Source: Octopus sinensis | Taxonomy: Eukaryota | DNA length: 64,000 nucleotides | Assembly: GCF_006345805.1 (NCBI RefSeq) | Contig: NC_043012.1 | Coordinates: forward strand, 37,882,001 to 37,946,000 | Direction: 5' to 3' | Shown here: positions 51,584 to 62,472 of the stretch, one piece after another | Layout: each line of letters begins with the position of its first letter | Numbering within the stretch: the first letter of the stretch is position 1 | Made by a program: the position numbers and the translations under genes | Notes under the pieces: model-generated | The model's input: the letters and a program-made list of their open reading frames with translations, nothing else | Told to the model about the DNA's origin: nothing | The model's database searches: none

Positions 51584-51811
51584 TTAACCCTTTCGTTACT
51601 GTATTTCTGTTGAGATGCTTTGTGTTTCTTTCAATTCATTTTAAATATAACAAAGAACTTAGTAAAAAAAAAAAAACTTAATTATCCTTAAGCCAGTGTC
51701 AGGAGCATAAATTGTGACTGAGGTTTGGTGGAAGATTTTAATTCAAAACTTATGAAACAAGACATTTGTACTCAGAGCCAGTTTCAGCCAGGTTGGTAAC
51801 AAAAGGGTTAA
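51584..51811 (+). mobile_element. TTAA-flanked non-autonomous DNA transposon (piggyBac-like MITE, 220 bp)
   Basis: TTAA|CCCTTTCGTTAC ... GTAACAAAAGGG|TTAA, with TTAA on both sides. A close inverted copy lies at 54437-54665. Confidence 0.8.
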
Positions 51812-53365
51812 GCTGTTTCTGCAGGTATGAGGTGTTTTGGCACAATTGTTCTTGTGTTGTTGATTTGATGCTGACTTATTTGACATCAGACATTTTAATG
51901 CATTAATACTAATGACTTTTAGCTATGCAATATTTCATTATACAACCATAATATACTTCAAAGTATATTAAATGATTTTCATAAGTGAATACTGCATCCT
52001 ACTGTGTTAGCAGTGCATTTTACGTTACTTGTTAAGGTTATCTCTACAGATATTCTACAAAAAGGTTATCTTTACAGATACTCTATAAAAATTATTGTTT
52101 TTTGTTATGATGTTTCGTATCCAAAACGTCAGAGGTCAACAAACAATGAGATCGAAGATGAAAAATGGATAATGGGCGTGTATGCCATATTTATTTCTTT
52201 ATTGCCCTCAGGGGGCTAAACATAGAGGGGACAAACAAGGACAGACAAAGGGATTAAGTTGATTACATCGACACCAGTACGTAACTGGTACTTATTTAAT
52301 TGACTGTGAAAGGATGAAAGGCAAAGTTGACCTTGGCGGAATTTGAACTCAGAATGTAACGGCAGACGGAATACCACTAAGCATTTCACCCAGCGTGCTA
52401 ACTGTTCTGCCAGCTCGCCGTGTATGCCATATTTTGTGGGGTTTTTGGCCCTTCATCAGCACTCATCTAACCCTTTAATGGTCCCTGATCACATTGCCGT
52501 ATATAATGGCTATTTAAGCAATGTGTTTGTGTTTGGTTAATGGATTTGATGGGTGATGAAGAAGGAGCAAAGACTTTCCAAATGTGGCATCTATGCCCAT
52601 CCACCTTTTCCATCTTCTATCTCAGTGTTTACATCTGATGTCTCTGATGATACGAAATATTACAAAAATCATTGTTGGCTATAATTTCCATAGAATATCT
52701 GTAGAGCTAAGTTTTAATGTCTCTCTCATTCTGTCTGTTCGTCTGTCTCCCTCCCTCCATCTCTTTCTCTCTGTTAATGTGTGTGTGTGTGTATGAGGAG
52801 AAGGAAAGCATCCATGTCAGTCGTGTTACAATTAATAAATTGTAATGCTTCTCTTTCTCCCCTCACCTTTCCCCTCCTCCCCTGCATGTGTATATTTCTA
52901 CATGCATGTGTGTGTGTGTGTGTTTTGGCTCCCAGGGCCAAAACCGTCCTGCCACCAAAACGGGATGAATTGTACCAAACCATTTCATTCTGCTTTCTTT
53001 TCAGCAATCCTTTGAATTGCTTCCAGTCTCTGTAATTCCTTGCTATCGCCCTCCTTCACAATTCACTCAGTCACCTTGGCCACTGACCTATTAACATTTT
53101 TTGTGATTAACTCATCCTTTCTTTCCTTTACTTCTCTGCTTCTACACATTTTTCAAACCAAATCCTCTCTCTGTGGCCCTAAACAAACATTTAACTCTGT
53201 CAAATGTAATGCTTATTTAGTCACTTTGTCTGGAATTAATCATGCATTACGTTGTAGCTTCAAGATTTCAAAGATGTGATAATCTATTTTTAGATTGACG
53301 TCACAGGGTGGTTGTTATGAGAGGCCAGGTTTGGTTGGTTTTTAACATGAAATAGGCAGAGTGTG

Positions 53366-53659
53366 GAGCCTCGTGGGGGCGAGGTGGCTGAGTCCCTTTT
53401 GAGTGTTGAGCCTCGTGGGGGCGAGGTGGCTGAGTTCCTTTTGAGTGTGGAGCTTCGTGGAGGCGAGGTGGCTGAGTTCCTCTTGAGTGTTGGGCCTCGT
53501 GGAGGCGAGGTGACTGAGTTCCTCTTGAGTGTTGGGCCTCGTGGAGGCGAGGTGGCTGAGTTCCTCTTGAGTGTTGGGCCTCGTGGAGGCGAGGTGGCTG
53601 AGTTCCTCTTGAGTGTTGAGCCTCGTGGAGGCGAGGTGGCTGAGTTCCTCTTGAGTGTT
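53366..53659. repeat. 42-bp minisatellite x7 at the 5' end of an RTE-tail fragment
   Basis: Unit GRGCCTCGTGGAGGCGAGGTGGCTGAGTTCCTCTTGAGTGTT, running into gggcctcattgaggcaatgacc (RTE 3' region). Confidence 0.95.
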
Positions 53660-53964
53660 GGGCCTCATTGAGGCAATGACCAAGAGCTTTGGCATCATGT
53701 CATACTTAAGAAGAAGACCCATCAAGCTGAGCAAAATTACAGTTGTGGCAGATATTGGTGTCATATAAAAACACCCACTACACTCTCGGAGTGGTTGGCA
53801 TTAGGAAGGGCATCCAGCTGTAGAAAACCATACTAAATCAGACTGGAACCTGTTGCAGCCTTCCAGCGTGGCAGCCCAGTCAAACCGTCCAACCCATGCC
53901 AGCATGGACAGCTGATGCTAAATGACAATGTTGATGTAGAATATTTGGGGCTGATATAACTGAT

Positions 53965-54387
53965 TTAGCCCTTTAGCATTGAAACAAGGCTGTATCTGGC
54001 TCAAATACTCTGATGGTTTTATGTTCAAACTGGCCCGATCCAGCCTTTCACACCTACCCTACACTTTCATCTGAAAAGTAAACAGTCACATCATTGAAAC
54101 CTCAGCAATACAAATCAATAAGCAACCCATCTGACAGAATAAGCTGAAGGCTTAAGCGTTAACCCTTCAGCAGTCAGATTACTGTCAAATGAAAATGCTT
54201 ATTCATTCTCATTCTTCTGAATTGATCCCACATTATCTCACAGCTTTGAGATTTCGAAGAGGTGATTGTTTATTCTTTAGAAAGACATTGTACAGTCGGT
54301 ATAGGGGGTTCGATCTGGCTGGTTAGAACATAAAACAAGCCGGATATTTGGGCCTGATTATCGTTGGTTTAAATGCTAAAAGTGTTA
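53965..54387. mobile_element. Two adjacent, oppositely oriented copies of a second TTAA MITE family (TIR TTAACCCTTTAGCATT)
   Basis: The same family occurs at about 1521-1690, 6860-7082, 59960-60130 and 60515-60730, with ends CCCTTTAGCATT / AATGCTAAAGGG. Confidence 0.7.
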
Positions 54388-54436
54388 AATATTTTTGTCT
54401 GACAGACAAAAGGCTTTTCTTGAAGCCACCAGGACA

Positions 54437-54665
54437 TTAACTCTTTCGTTACCAACCTGGCTGAAACCGGCTCTTGCTCTGGGTACAAATGTCTTGTTTT
54501 CATAAGTTTTGAATTAAAATCTTCCACCAAACCTTAGTCACAATTTATGTTCCTGACACTAGCTGAAGGATAACTAAGTTATTTTACTAAATTCTTTGTT
54601 ATATTTAAAATTAATTGAAAGAAACACAGAGCATCTCAACAGAAATACAGTAACGAAAGGGTTAA
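54437..54665 (-). mobile_element. Second copy of the same TTAA MITE, inverted
   Basis: TTAA|CTCTTTCGTTACC ... GTAACGAAAGGG|TTAA; it is the reverse complement of 51588-51807 with few differences. Confidence 0.8.
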
Positions 54666-54850
54666 TTTCCACATGACCTAAAAAGAGCTTTGTGGACTTT
54701 GTTAAATTATTTTTGCTTCTACAGACTACCTCATCTAGTTTGCTTGGAATGTGCTTTTGTTTATTTTCATTTATTAAGTGATCTAAGTTAATAATCTGAT
54801 TAAGCATTATCCATCTTCTAAGCAGTTGTTTGAATATTCTCTTTGTGCAG

Positions 54851-54924
54851 GGACTTAAGGGAGAAAACCACTGTCAAAGCAACATCTGGTCACTGTACAC
54901 CTGAAGATATTGCTGTTGTTGCAG
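54851..54924 (+). CDS. BRD10: BRD10-like coding exon 3
   Basis: TGTGCAG acceptor, (R)DLREKTTVKATSGHCTPEDIAVVA + G, GTATGT donor. LREKTT matches KIAA2026; phases 2 and 1 fit the neighbours. Confidence 0.85.
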
Positions 54925-57900
54925 GTATGTATGTGTTACCTGGTGTCATTTCTTATAATCCCTTTAATGGGTATTTTGTATTTTGTATCTTATACCAATG
55001 ACTGGCATCTAATTGTTGTTGTCCTGTTCAACCCAAATGAAAAGCAGACCCTATTTAGCACCACATAATCCTATGTGTCCTTCCCTTTTTTTTTTTATAA
55101 GACAGTACAGTAAGATTTGAGGAAGGTTTGACTGTTACTTCTAGCAAGACCTGTGATTGGAGTGAATCTGTGTGTGTGTGTGTTTGTAGTTACCAGATTA
55201 AATGTCATCAACTGGTCCTTGGGCATCTTTTGCAGAGTTTAATTGGACTAGAGTTTAATTGGCTTTTGAATTAGAATATTCTGGGTTGGACATCCACAAC
55301 AGTCTCACCAAGGCTGGCCAAAATCGTGACAATCACACTCCTTCCTCTCTTGTCGAACTCAAAATAAAAATGCCTCCAGATCTTTTGAATTACTTTCATA
55401 TTTAAGAAATAGCTGTGACTGTTGCTAAACCCTGAACCATATGGAACAGCAATTCAAATGGTGTTATTGTTTGGGGGCCAAGAAACAGGAACTAAGCACT
55501 CTTCTATGTGAGAAACAAAGTTTAGCCTCATTTTACAAAAAACTTCCCATTAAAAGATTTCCTGTTTTATTGTTGTTCATTTACTTTTTGCAACTTATTG
55601 AGTTAATTTCCTCTAAGTTTTCCTTTTTTCAAATTTTGAGTACCATTACAGTTATTACCTCTAGCAGTGAATGAAAATTTGGTGATATTTACTGGGGTAA
55701 CCATGTACCTCCACCTTAGCAAGATACCTGTGCTTGTCCCTGTATTTATTCATTAGCCTTTCAACGTCTAGCATAAAAAAGCCACCACCCACTTCTCAAA
55801 TGCTCTTCAGCCCACTTAGCTGTGGGAGCTTTTGACTTTCTTTTTTCCCCGTGTTCTTTCTCCACCTTGCAAGATGCTGATGGCGTGAAAAAGTATCCAG
55901 TATACTCTGTAAAATGGTTGGCATTAGAAAGGCCACTTTGCTGTAGAAGCTTTGCCAAAGCTGACATTGGAGCCTGACATGGCCCTGCAGCTCGTCAAAT
56001 CCTGTCAAATTGTTGGCCCTATGCCAGCATGGAGAGTGGATGTTAAATGATGACGATTTATAGAGAAAGATAACTTGGTCTTTGAGAAAATGATTAGTGA
56101 TGTTTCGATGTTATCTGAGTCTGTTGATTCTTAGTAGGAACAGAGTGATGATGGAGTTGATCATTCCATCAGTGATGTTTTCATCAGTGATGTGGTCCCT
56201 ACAAAACCTTTGAAGTTAGAAGCAAAGCTCTTTGAATATTTTCTTTTCCTGAAGAAATTCTTGTCAGGATGAATCACTAGGTCTCTGTATCAACAGGACA
56301 ACAAGGCACCACCACCTTTGGTCCATCAATAGATGAGATGAAGGCATATCTCAGAATCTATTTTCTGATGCTAGCTGTACAGTTTCCATTGTGAAAACAC
56401 CTCTATGTAATTACCTTCCTTATATTCACCTTACATATGCAGGTGAAAGCGACATGACAGGTAAAGTTGCATTCACAAGGCCATTCTGTAGGGTGGTTGG
56501 TGTTAGGAAAGACATCCAGCTGTAGAAACCATGCCAGAACAGACACAGAAATCTGGTGCAGTCTTCTGTCTGGCCGGCTTCTGTCAAACCATCCAACCCA
56601 TGCCAGCATGGAAAGCAGACGTTAAATGATGATGATTATGATGAATGTACACTAACAATCGTTATCTTGTATCAACAAGTCTTATCCATATTCATGCAAT
56701 ACTTATATTTTTATGATCTTTTCTGTTTTTTACCAGACTAATTGTATTTCATCAAAATCTTAAGTTTCAAGCGGGATGGAGAGATTTATATAGGGAAAGC
56801 ACAACAAATTTTAAGTTGAAGTGATGTAAATTAATTTCTGTTGGGTATTGAAACTACAAACCTGCTTGATTGGTTTAATATGATCATGATCACCAGCACA
56901 TCCTTGGATATTTGTAGTAGAGGTCACAGATTGAAATCAGACTTTCTGGCAAACGTTGATCTGCAGACATAGTGACCGGGTATTAAATGCTTTTATATCA
57001 CCAGCATCGGAGGGCCTGTGACAGTAATAGGCACTTTCGATCTTTCCTCTCTTAAACTTAAGAAAAATAAAAAGGAAGGTAGCTTAAGTTATTTAAAAAA
57101 CGATGCATGAAAAGAAAAAGTGCTGCTCGAATAAAGGGAGACAATCCAGACGAATTTAGATGATTAGGCCAACTTCAAACCATCATCATTTAGTGGTTTG
57201 CTGGGCGAGACGAAATTTGTCGAGGCAGATTTTTCTATGGTCGGATGCCCTCCCTGTCACCAACCCTCACCCGTTTATAAGCAAAGTAATATTTTCCCCA
57301 TAGGAAAACTTATTTTTCCCACAAGTTCTTGACATCATTGTGGTTTGATGTCATCCGAAGCGAACATAATTCAAAGCATTTCATCATTAATAGGTGTTAG
57401 AATTGCTTGTTATGTCATGTGGATACTAGTATTTCAACTTCTTTTATTAGCCCTGCTTAACCTCAGTTCAGCAGATCTTTTATCAATGTTGTTCCAGACA
57501 TGACCATTCCATATCCCATCTCTCTCTTTTTTTCTTTTTCTTGAAGCTTTACCAGGTTTTCAAGTGTATCCTTCCTTTAAATTTTTTTGTAGAATTTGTG
57601 AAAGATTTACCTGCTATTTCTAGCAAGTCAAACGACGATATACAGGTGCCTCTGTTGGCTTATAAACTTCTGGGTTCCTTCTCTGGGATGGTCAGAAGCT
57701 AGTTGTCTGCTTCCATTTGCTCGAAGAGCTCCTATTTGTCTTTTATCTGTATGTGTGTGTGTTTTGAAAATACCAATACATTAAATCATCCTCGCCATTT
57801 AATGTCCGTTTTCCATGCTGGCATGGGTTGGATGGTTTAACAAGCTGGGAAGCCAGAGGACAGCATCTGGGTCCAATGTCTGCTTTGTCATGATTTCCAT

Positions 57901-58002
57901 GATTTCCTTACACTCAGCATTTGTATAAAGTAATTAAAAAAATAATAATTTCCTTTCTGAAATGTCAAATGTTTAATGAAGTTCTGTGTCCTATCGTTGC
58001 AG

Positions 58003-58217
58003 GGTTGAGGAGGCGCACCCGGGCTGTTGCCCCTCATGATTCTTCAGCACTGTTAAATCAGTTGCGTCATGAAGAGATCGCCAAGGAGAAAGAAGCTCGT
58101 AAGCAGCAGATTGAAGAGAAACGAGCAGCACAGGAGGCTCACGTCCAGGAAGTCAATGATTGGGAAGACATTCTCTTGGAGCAACCTCTGCTCTCTCAGA
58201 TGAAAGCCATGTGGGAG
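58003..58217 (+). CDS. BRD10: BRD10-like coding exon 4
   Basis: TTGCAG acceptor, (G)LRRRTRAVAPHDSSALLNQLRHEEIAKEKEARKQQIEEKRAAQEAHVQEVNDWEDILLEQPLLSQMKAMWE, GTGGGT donor (phase 0). Confidence 0.9.
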
Positions 58218-59732
58218 GTGGGTAGCTTTTAGCTTTTACTTGTTTCAGTCATTAGACTGTGGCCATGCTGGGGCACTGCCTTGAAGAATTTTAGTCAAAT
58301 GAATTGACACCAGTAATTATAATTTTGTAAAGTCTGGTATTTATTCTATCAGCCTCTTTTGCTGAACTGCTAAGTTATGGGGACGTAAACACACCAACAC
58401 TGGTTGTTTAGTGGTGGTAGGGAACACACACGCATACACGACAATCGTCGTTCAGTTTCCCTCTATCAGATCTGCTCACAAGGCTTTGGTTGGTTCGAGG
58501 CTATAGCAGGAGACACTTGCCCAAGGTGTCGTGCAGTGGGACTGAACCTGGAACCATGTGGTTGGGAAGCAAGCTTCGTAACACACTGCCATGCCTTCGC
58601 ATGTTCTTCTGTTTTTGTTGGCTGAAAGGCTCAAAGTGAATTGTGATGCAGCAGATGTTCCAACCATGGCCACCCCTTTACTTTGTATATTTAACCCTTT
58701 GACATTTAAAAATATCCATATTGGGTCCAAATACTCTTCCATCACAGCTTTCGCAAGTCGAGTGAAGTCTGTGCTTTAATGATGAGTTCCTAAGATGATT
58801 GAAATATATTTAGATTTTCCTCCCATATTTTTCTGAAACAATATCAGTGAGTGATCAATATTCTTGTTCTTCTTAAGGCGACAGGCTGGCAGAATCGTTA
58901 GCATGCTAGGCAAAATGCTTAGTGGTATTTTGTCTGTCTTTACATTCTGAGTTCAAATTCTGCCGAGGTTGACTTTGCTTTTTATCTTTTTGGGGTTGAT
59001 AAATTAAGTACCAGTTGTATATTGGGGTTGATCTAATTGACTGCCCCCCCTCCAGAAATTTCAGGCTTTGTGCCTTGAGTAGAAAAGAATATTCTTGTTC
59101 TTCTTAAGGCGGCAGGCTGGCAGAATCATTACCATGTCAGGCAAAATGTTTAGCAGTATTTCATCTGTTTTTATGTTCTGAGTTCAAATTCTGCCAAGGT
59201 TGACTTGGCCCCTTTTGGAGTCAATAAAATAATTATCGAATGAGCACTGGGGTCGATGTAGTCAAGTGCCCCCCCCCCTCCCCTGGAATCACTCACCTTG
59301 TGCCAAAATTTGAAACCAATATCCTTCTCCTTAAGGTGGTAAGCTGGCAGAATCATTAGCATGTCAGGCAAAATATTTCACAGGTATTTTGTCTGTCTTT
59401 ACATTCTGGGCTCAAATTCTGTTATGGTCAACTTGCCTTTCATCCTTTTCGGGGTCAATAAAATAAATACCAGTTGAGCACTGGGGTCAGTGTCATTAAC
59501 TTACTCACCTTTCTCGAAATTGCTGGCCTTGTGCCAAAATTTGAAATCATTATTTCTGTTCTTCTTGCCACCAGATTATTTCTTAAGGTTTTAAAACTCC
59601 CTACAATGGAAACCCCGCCATCAAAATGTTAGACTTTCACTTCTCATGGTAAATCAAATTTTGTCACATTCTGTGATTGATTGTTGCTAATGCAGACTCT
59701 TGTTCATTGAATTTTCTTTTTTATATTTCCAG

Positions 59733-59893
59733 CTCCCCCAAATTGGCCATTTTTTATTCTTGTGCCAAGAACCATTGTATTTGGCTGAAGTTCCACAATA
59801 TGAATTAGAACGGTGCTTTTTGATGACACGTGAGAGTACAACTATGCAACGAATAATGAGCTCTTTGCTTAGCACACCTCATCAAAGAAGCAA
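59733..59893 (+). CDS. BRD10: BRD10-like coding exon 5
   Basis: TTCCAG acceptor, LPQIGHFLFLCQEPLYLAEVPQYELERCFLMTRESTTMQRIMSSLLSTPHQRS + AA, GTAAGT donor. IGHFL...YELERC...IMxSLLS matches KIAA2026. Confidence 0.92.
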
Positions 59894-61064
59894 GTAAGTT
59901 TGACCGTTGTTACTGTGTATCAAGTGTCTTAACTGAGCAGATCTATGATCAATACATTCCATCTGTTTTGTGTTCAGACCAGCTAGATCTGGTCTCTTAC
60001 ACTTACCCTACAATATCATTTTGAAAAATAAACAATCACATCATTGATATCTCAAAGCAATGAGATAATGCATAATTCAAAACCATATAAATAAATAAAC
60101 TTTACAGATTAATCTGAATGCTAATGGTTTAATGAAAGGCACTCCAGCTATGACCATCCTGATTATTTAGAGCTTTGTCTGACTACATTATCTAATGTTT
60201 GCTTTCTTAATTCAAGATGATGGGTAGGTGTAATTTGAGGATGATTTGGTTGCTGTTACATTTGATAATGATGAGAACAATCTTTCCTTGACCAACACCA
60301 TTTATTCTCAACCTTTTCAAGCTTACACTGAACAGGGCATCACAAATGCACCGGATGTTTTGGCAAGAAAGCATGAGAGAAGGAGAAGGGCAGATTTTTC
60401 CCGTACAAACAGCAGTCTGTTATCCATATGTCCTTATTACTATCTCAACTAACACATGCCTCTTAAGTGATGTGCATGGATTTGTGCTGCTGTGCTGTAC
60501 TTTTATGGAAATTATTAATCCTTTAGCATTTAGACCACCCTTTATCTGGTTCAGATATTTTACATGTATTATGTTCAAACAGGCCAGATCGGGCCTTACA
60601 CCCCTACCATACAATGTCGTTCTGAAAATAACCAGTCATATCATTGAAGCTATGAGATAGTACATGTTTAATTCAAAGCAATGTGAATAAGCAATAGATT
60701 AGACAGAATAATCTGAATTCTAAAGGGTTACAGAAGGGGAGGACATAAATAATGAAATCATATTGGGCCTTGGCACATCGTCAGTCATTATTTCCGCTCA
60801 TGAATGCAGTGAGCTGGCAGAACTGTTGGCTCACGAGACAAAATGTTTAACAGCATTTCATTTTGTCTTGACATTCTGAGTTCAAATTCCACTGAGGTTG
60901 ACTTTGCCTTTCATCCTTTCAGGGTTGATAAACTAAGTACCAGTGAAGTACTGGGGTTGATGTAATCAACTTTCTCTTTTCCTCAAAAACTGCTGGCCCT
61001 GTGCCAAAATTTGAAATCTTTATTTCTGCTCACTGCTAATACAGTATACACATACTCAAATCAC

Positions 61065-61740
61065 CAGGTTGGATTCCCAAACAGTTGAAGGAATCCGGGA
61101 TAGAGGTAGACCCAGGAAGACATGGGATGAGGTGGTCAAGCATGACCTTCGAACGTTGGGCCTCATAGAGGCAATGACGAAAGACCGAGACCTCTGGAGA
61201 TATGTTGTGACCGTGAAGACCTGACAAATAAAATGAGTTCTTGGCTGTATCCGACACCGGCTTCACATAACCAGCCCCAGCCCATTCAAAGTACCTTGGA
61301 TTGCAGGACGGCCTGCTGTGCTTATCTTGGATCGTGGGGTGACCTGCTGTGCTTGAAGAGACCGATTGATCAAGTACATCAACATCACATACAAATCAAA
61401 TGGAAATTGTAGTTGTGATACCCGTGCCGGTAGCATGTAAAAAGCACCATCCAAACATGGCCGATGCCAGTGCTGCTTTGACTGGCTTCCGTGCCGGTGG
61501 CACTTAATAAGCACCAACTGATCGTGGCCATTGCCAGCCTCGTCTGGCACCTGTGCCTGTGGTACGTAAAAAGCACTCACTACACTCACGGAGTGGTTGG
61601 CGTTAGGAAGGACATCCAGCTGTAGAAACACTGCCAGATCAGACTGGAGCCTGGTGCAGCCTTCATGGCTTACCAGACCCCGGCCGAACCGTCCAACCCA
61701 TGCCAGCATGGAAAGCAGACGTTAAACGATGATGATGATG
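61065..61740 (+). mobile_element. RTE 3' fragment with 3' UTR and tail
   Basis: RGRPRKTWDEVVKHDLRTLGL-encoding segment similar to 35258-35461, then the shared tail and (GAT)n. Confidence 0.8.
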
Positions 61741-61958
61741 ATTTTTTTTTTATTTTGTAAGAAAGTTATGAATGTTTTCTAAACATTCAGCCCCCTCCTC
61801 CATGCTTGTCACTCCCCTCTGAACTCACGATGCTCTCAAGAGAATATGAAATTAAGAATTGCTAACATACATAATGATCGAGTCTTTTATGTTATGCAAC
61901 ATCACAATGCAATGCTGGACATTATTTCTAAGTTGTTTCTTGTGTTCTTTATTACTAG

Positions 61959-62070
61959 ACTTCATAATCATCGTTACCGGATGCCTTACAGGGTTTGGGA
62001 AGAAAAATTACGACAGAAGGTCAAGAATTGGTATGATGTACTTGAAGCTTATAACGGTGATACCTATAAG
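61959..62070 (+). CDS. BRD10: BRD10-like coding exon 6 (gene continues beyond the window)
   Basis: TACTAG acceptor, (K)LHNHRYRMPYRVWEEKLRQKVKNWYDVLEAYNGDTYK, GTAAC donor. Resembles the human LPYRTWEAALRQKVQQWY segment. Confidence 0.9.
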
Positions 62071-62199
62071 GTAACAAGTTTGTATTAGTTATTTTATATT
62101 GTTGGTACTTTTCATTCCTGATACTTGAATATCAATGTCTTGTGTAGAAGACCCATGTTTTGATGTTTTAGTCTGAATGTTTTAGTATCAAGACTTGAG

Positions 62200-62472
62200 G
62201 AAGTGACCTGAATAATGATAATAATAATAATAAACAGCAACAATAATAATAATAAACAACAACAAAAATAATAAACAACAACAATAATAATAAAAATAAC
62301 AACAACAAAAAATACTTTAGGATTGAGGAAAAATACTTTAGGAATGAGAACCCAGGTTCGAAATTTCTGCAAGACACCTGATGAAGGCTGGAAGGTATAT
62401 CAGCCAAAACGTGGTGTTAACAACAAACAAGAGGAGAACAAATATCCGTCGAATGTAAATAATGTAAATAAT
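62200..62472 (+). mobile_element. Family E copy 2 (head lost) with CTGATGA hammerhead-like core
   Basis: agtgacctg(aat)n...gaatgagaacccaggttcgaaattt...GACAC CTGATGA A GGCTG..CAGCC AAAAC GTG GTGTT...aacaaacaag...gtcgaatgtaaataatgtaaataat. Confidence 0.7.

Noticed and set aside
53342-53764. ORFs with 14-aa repeats on both strands
   Set aside because: Translations of the 42-bp minisatellite.
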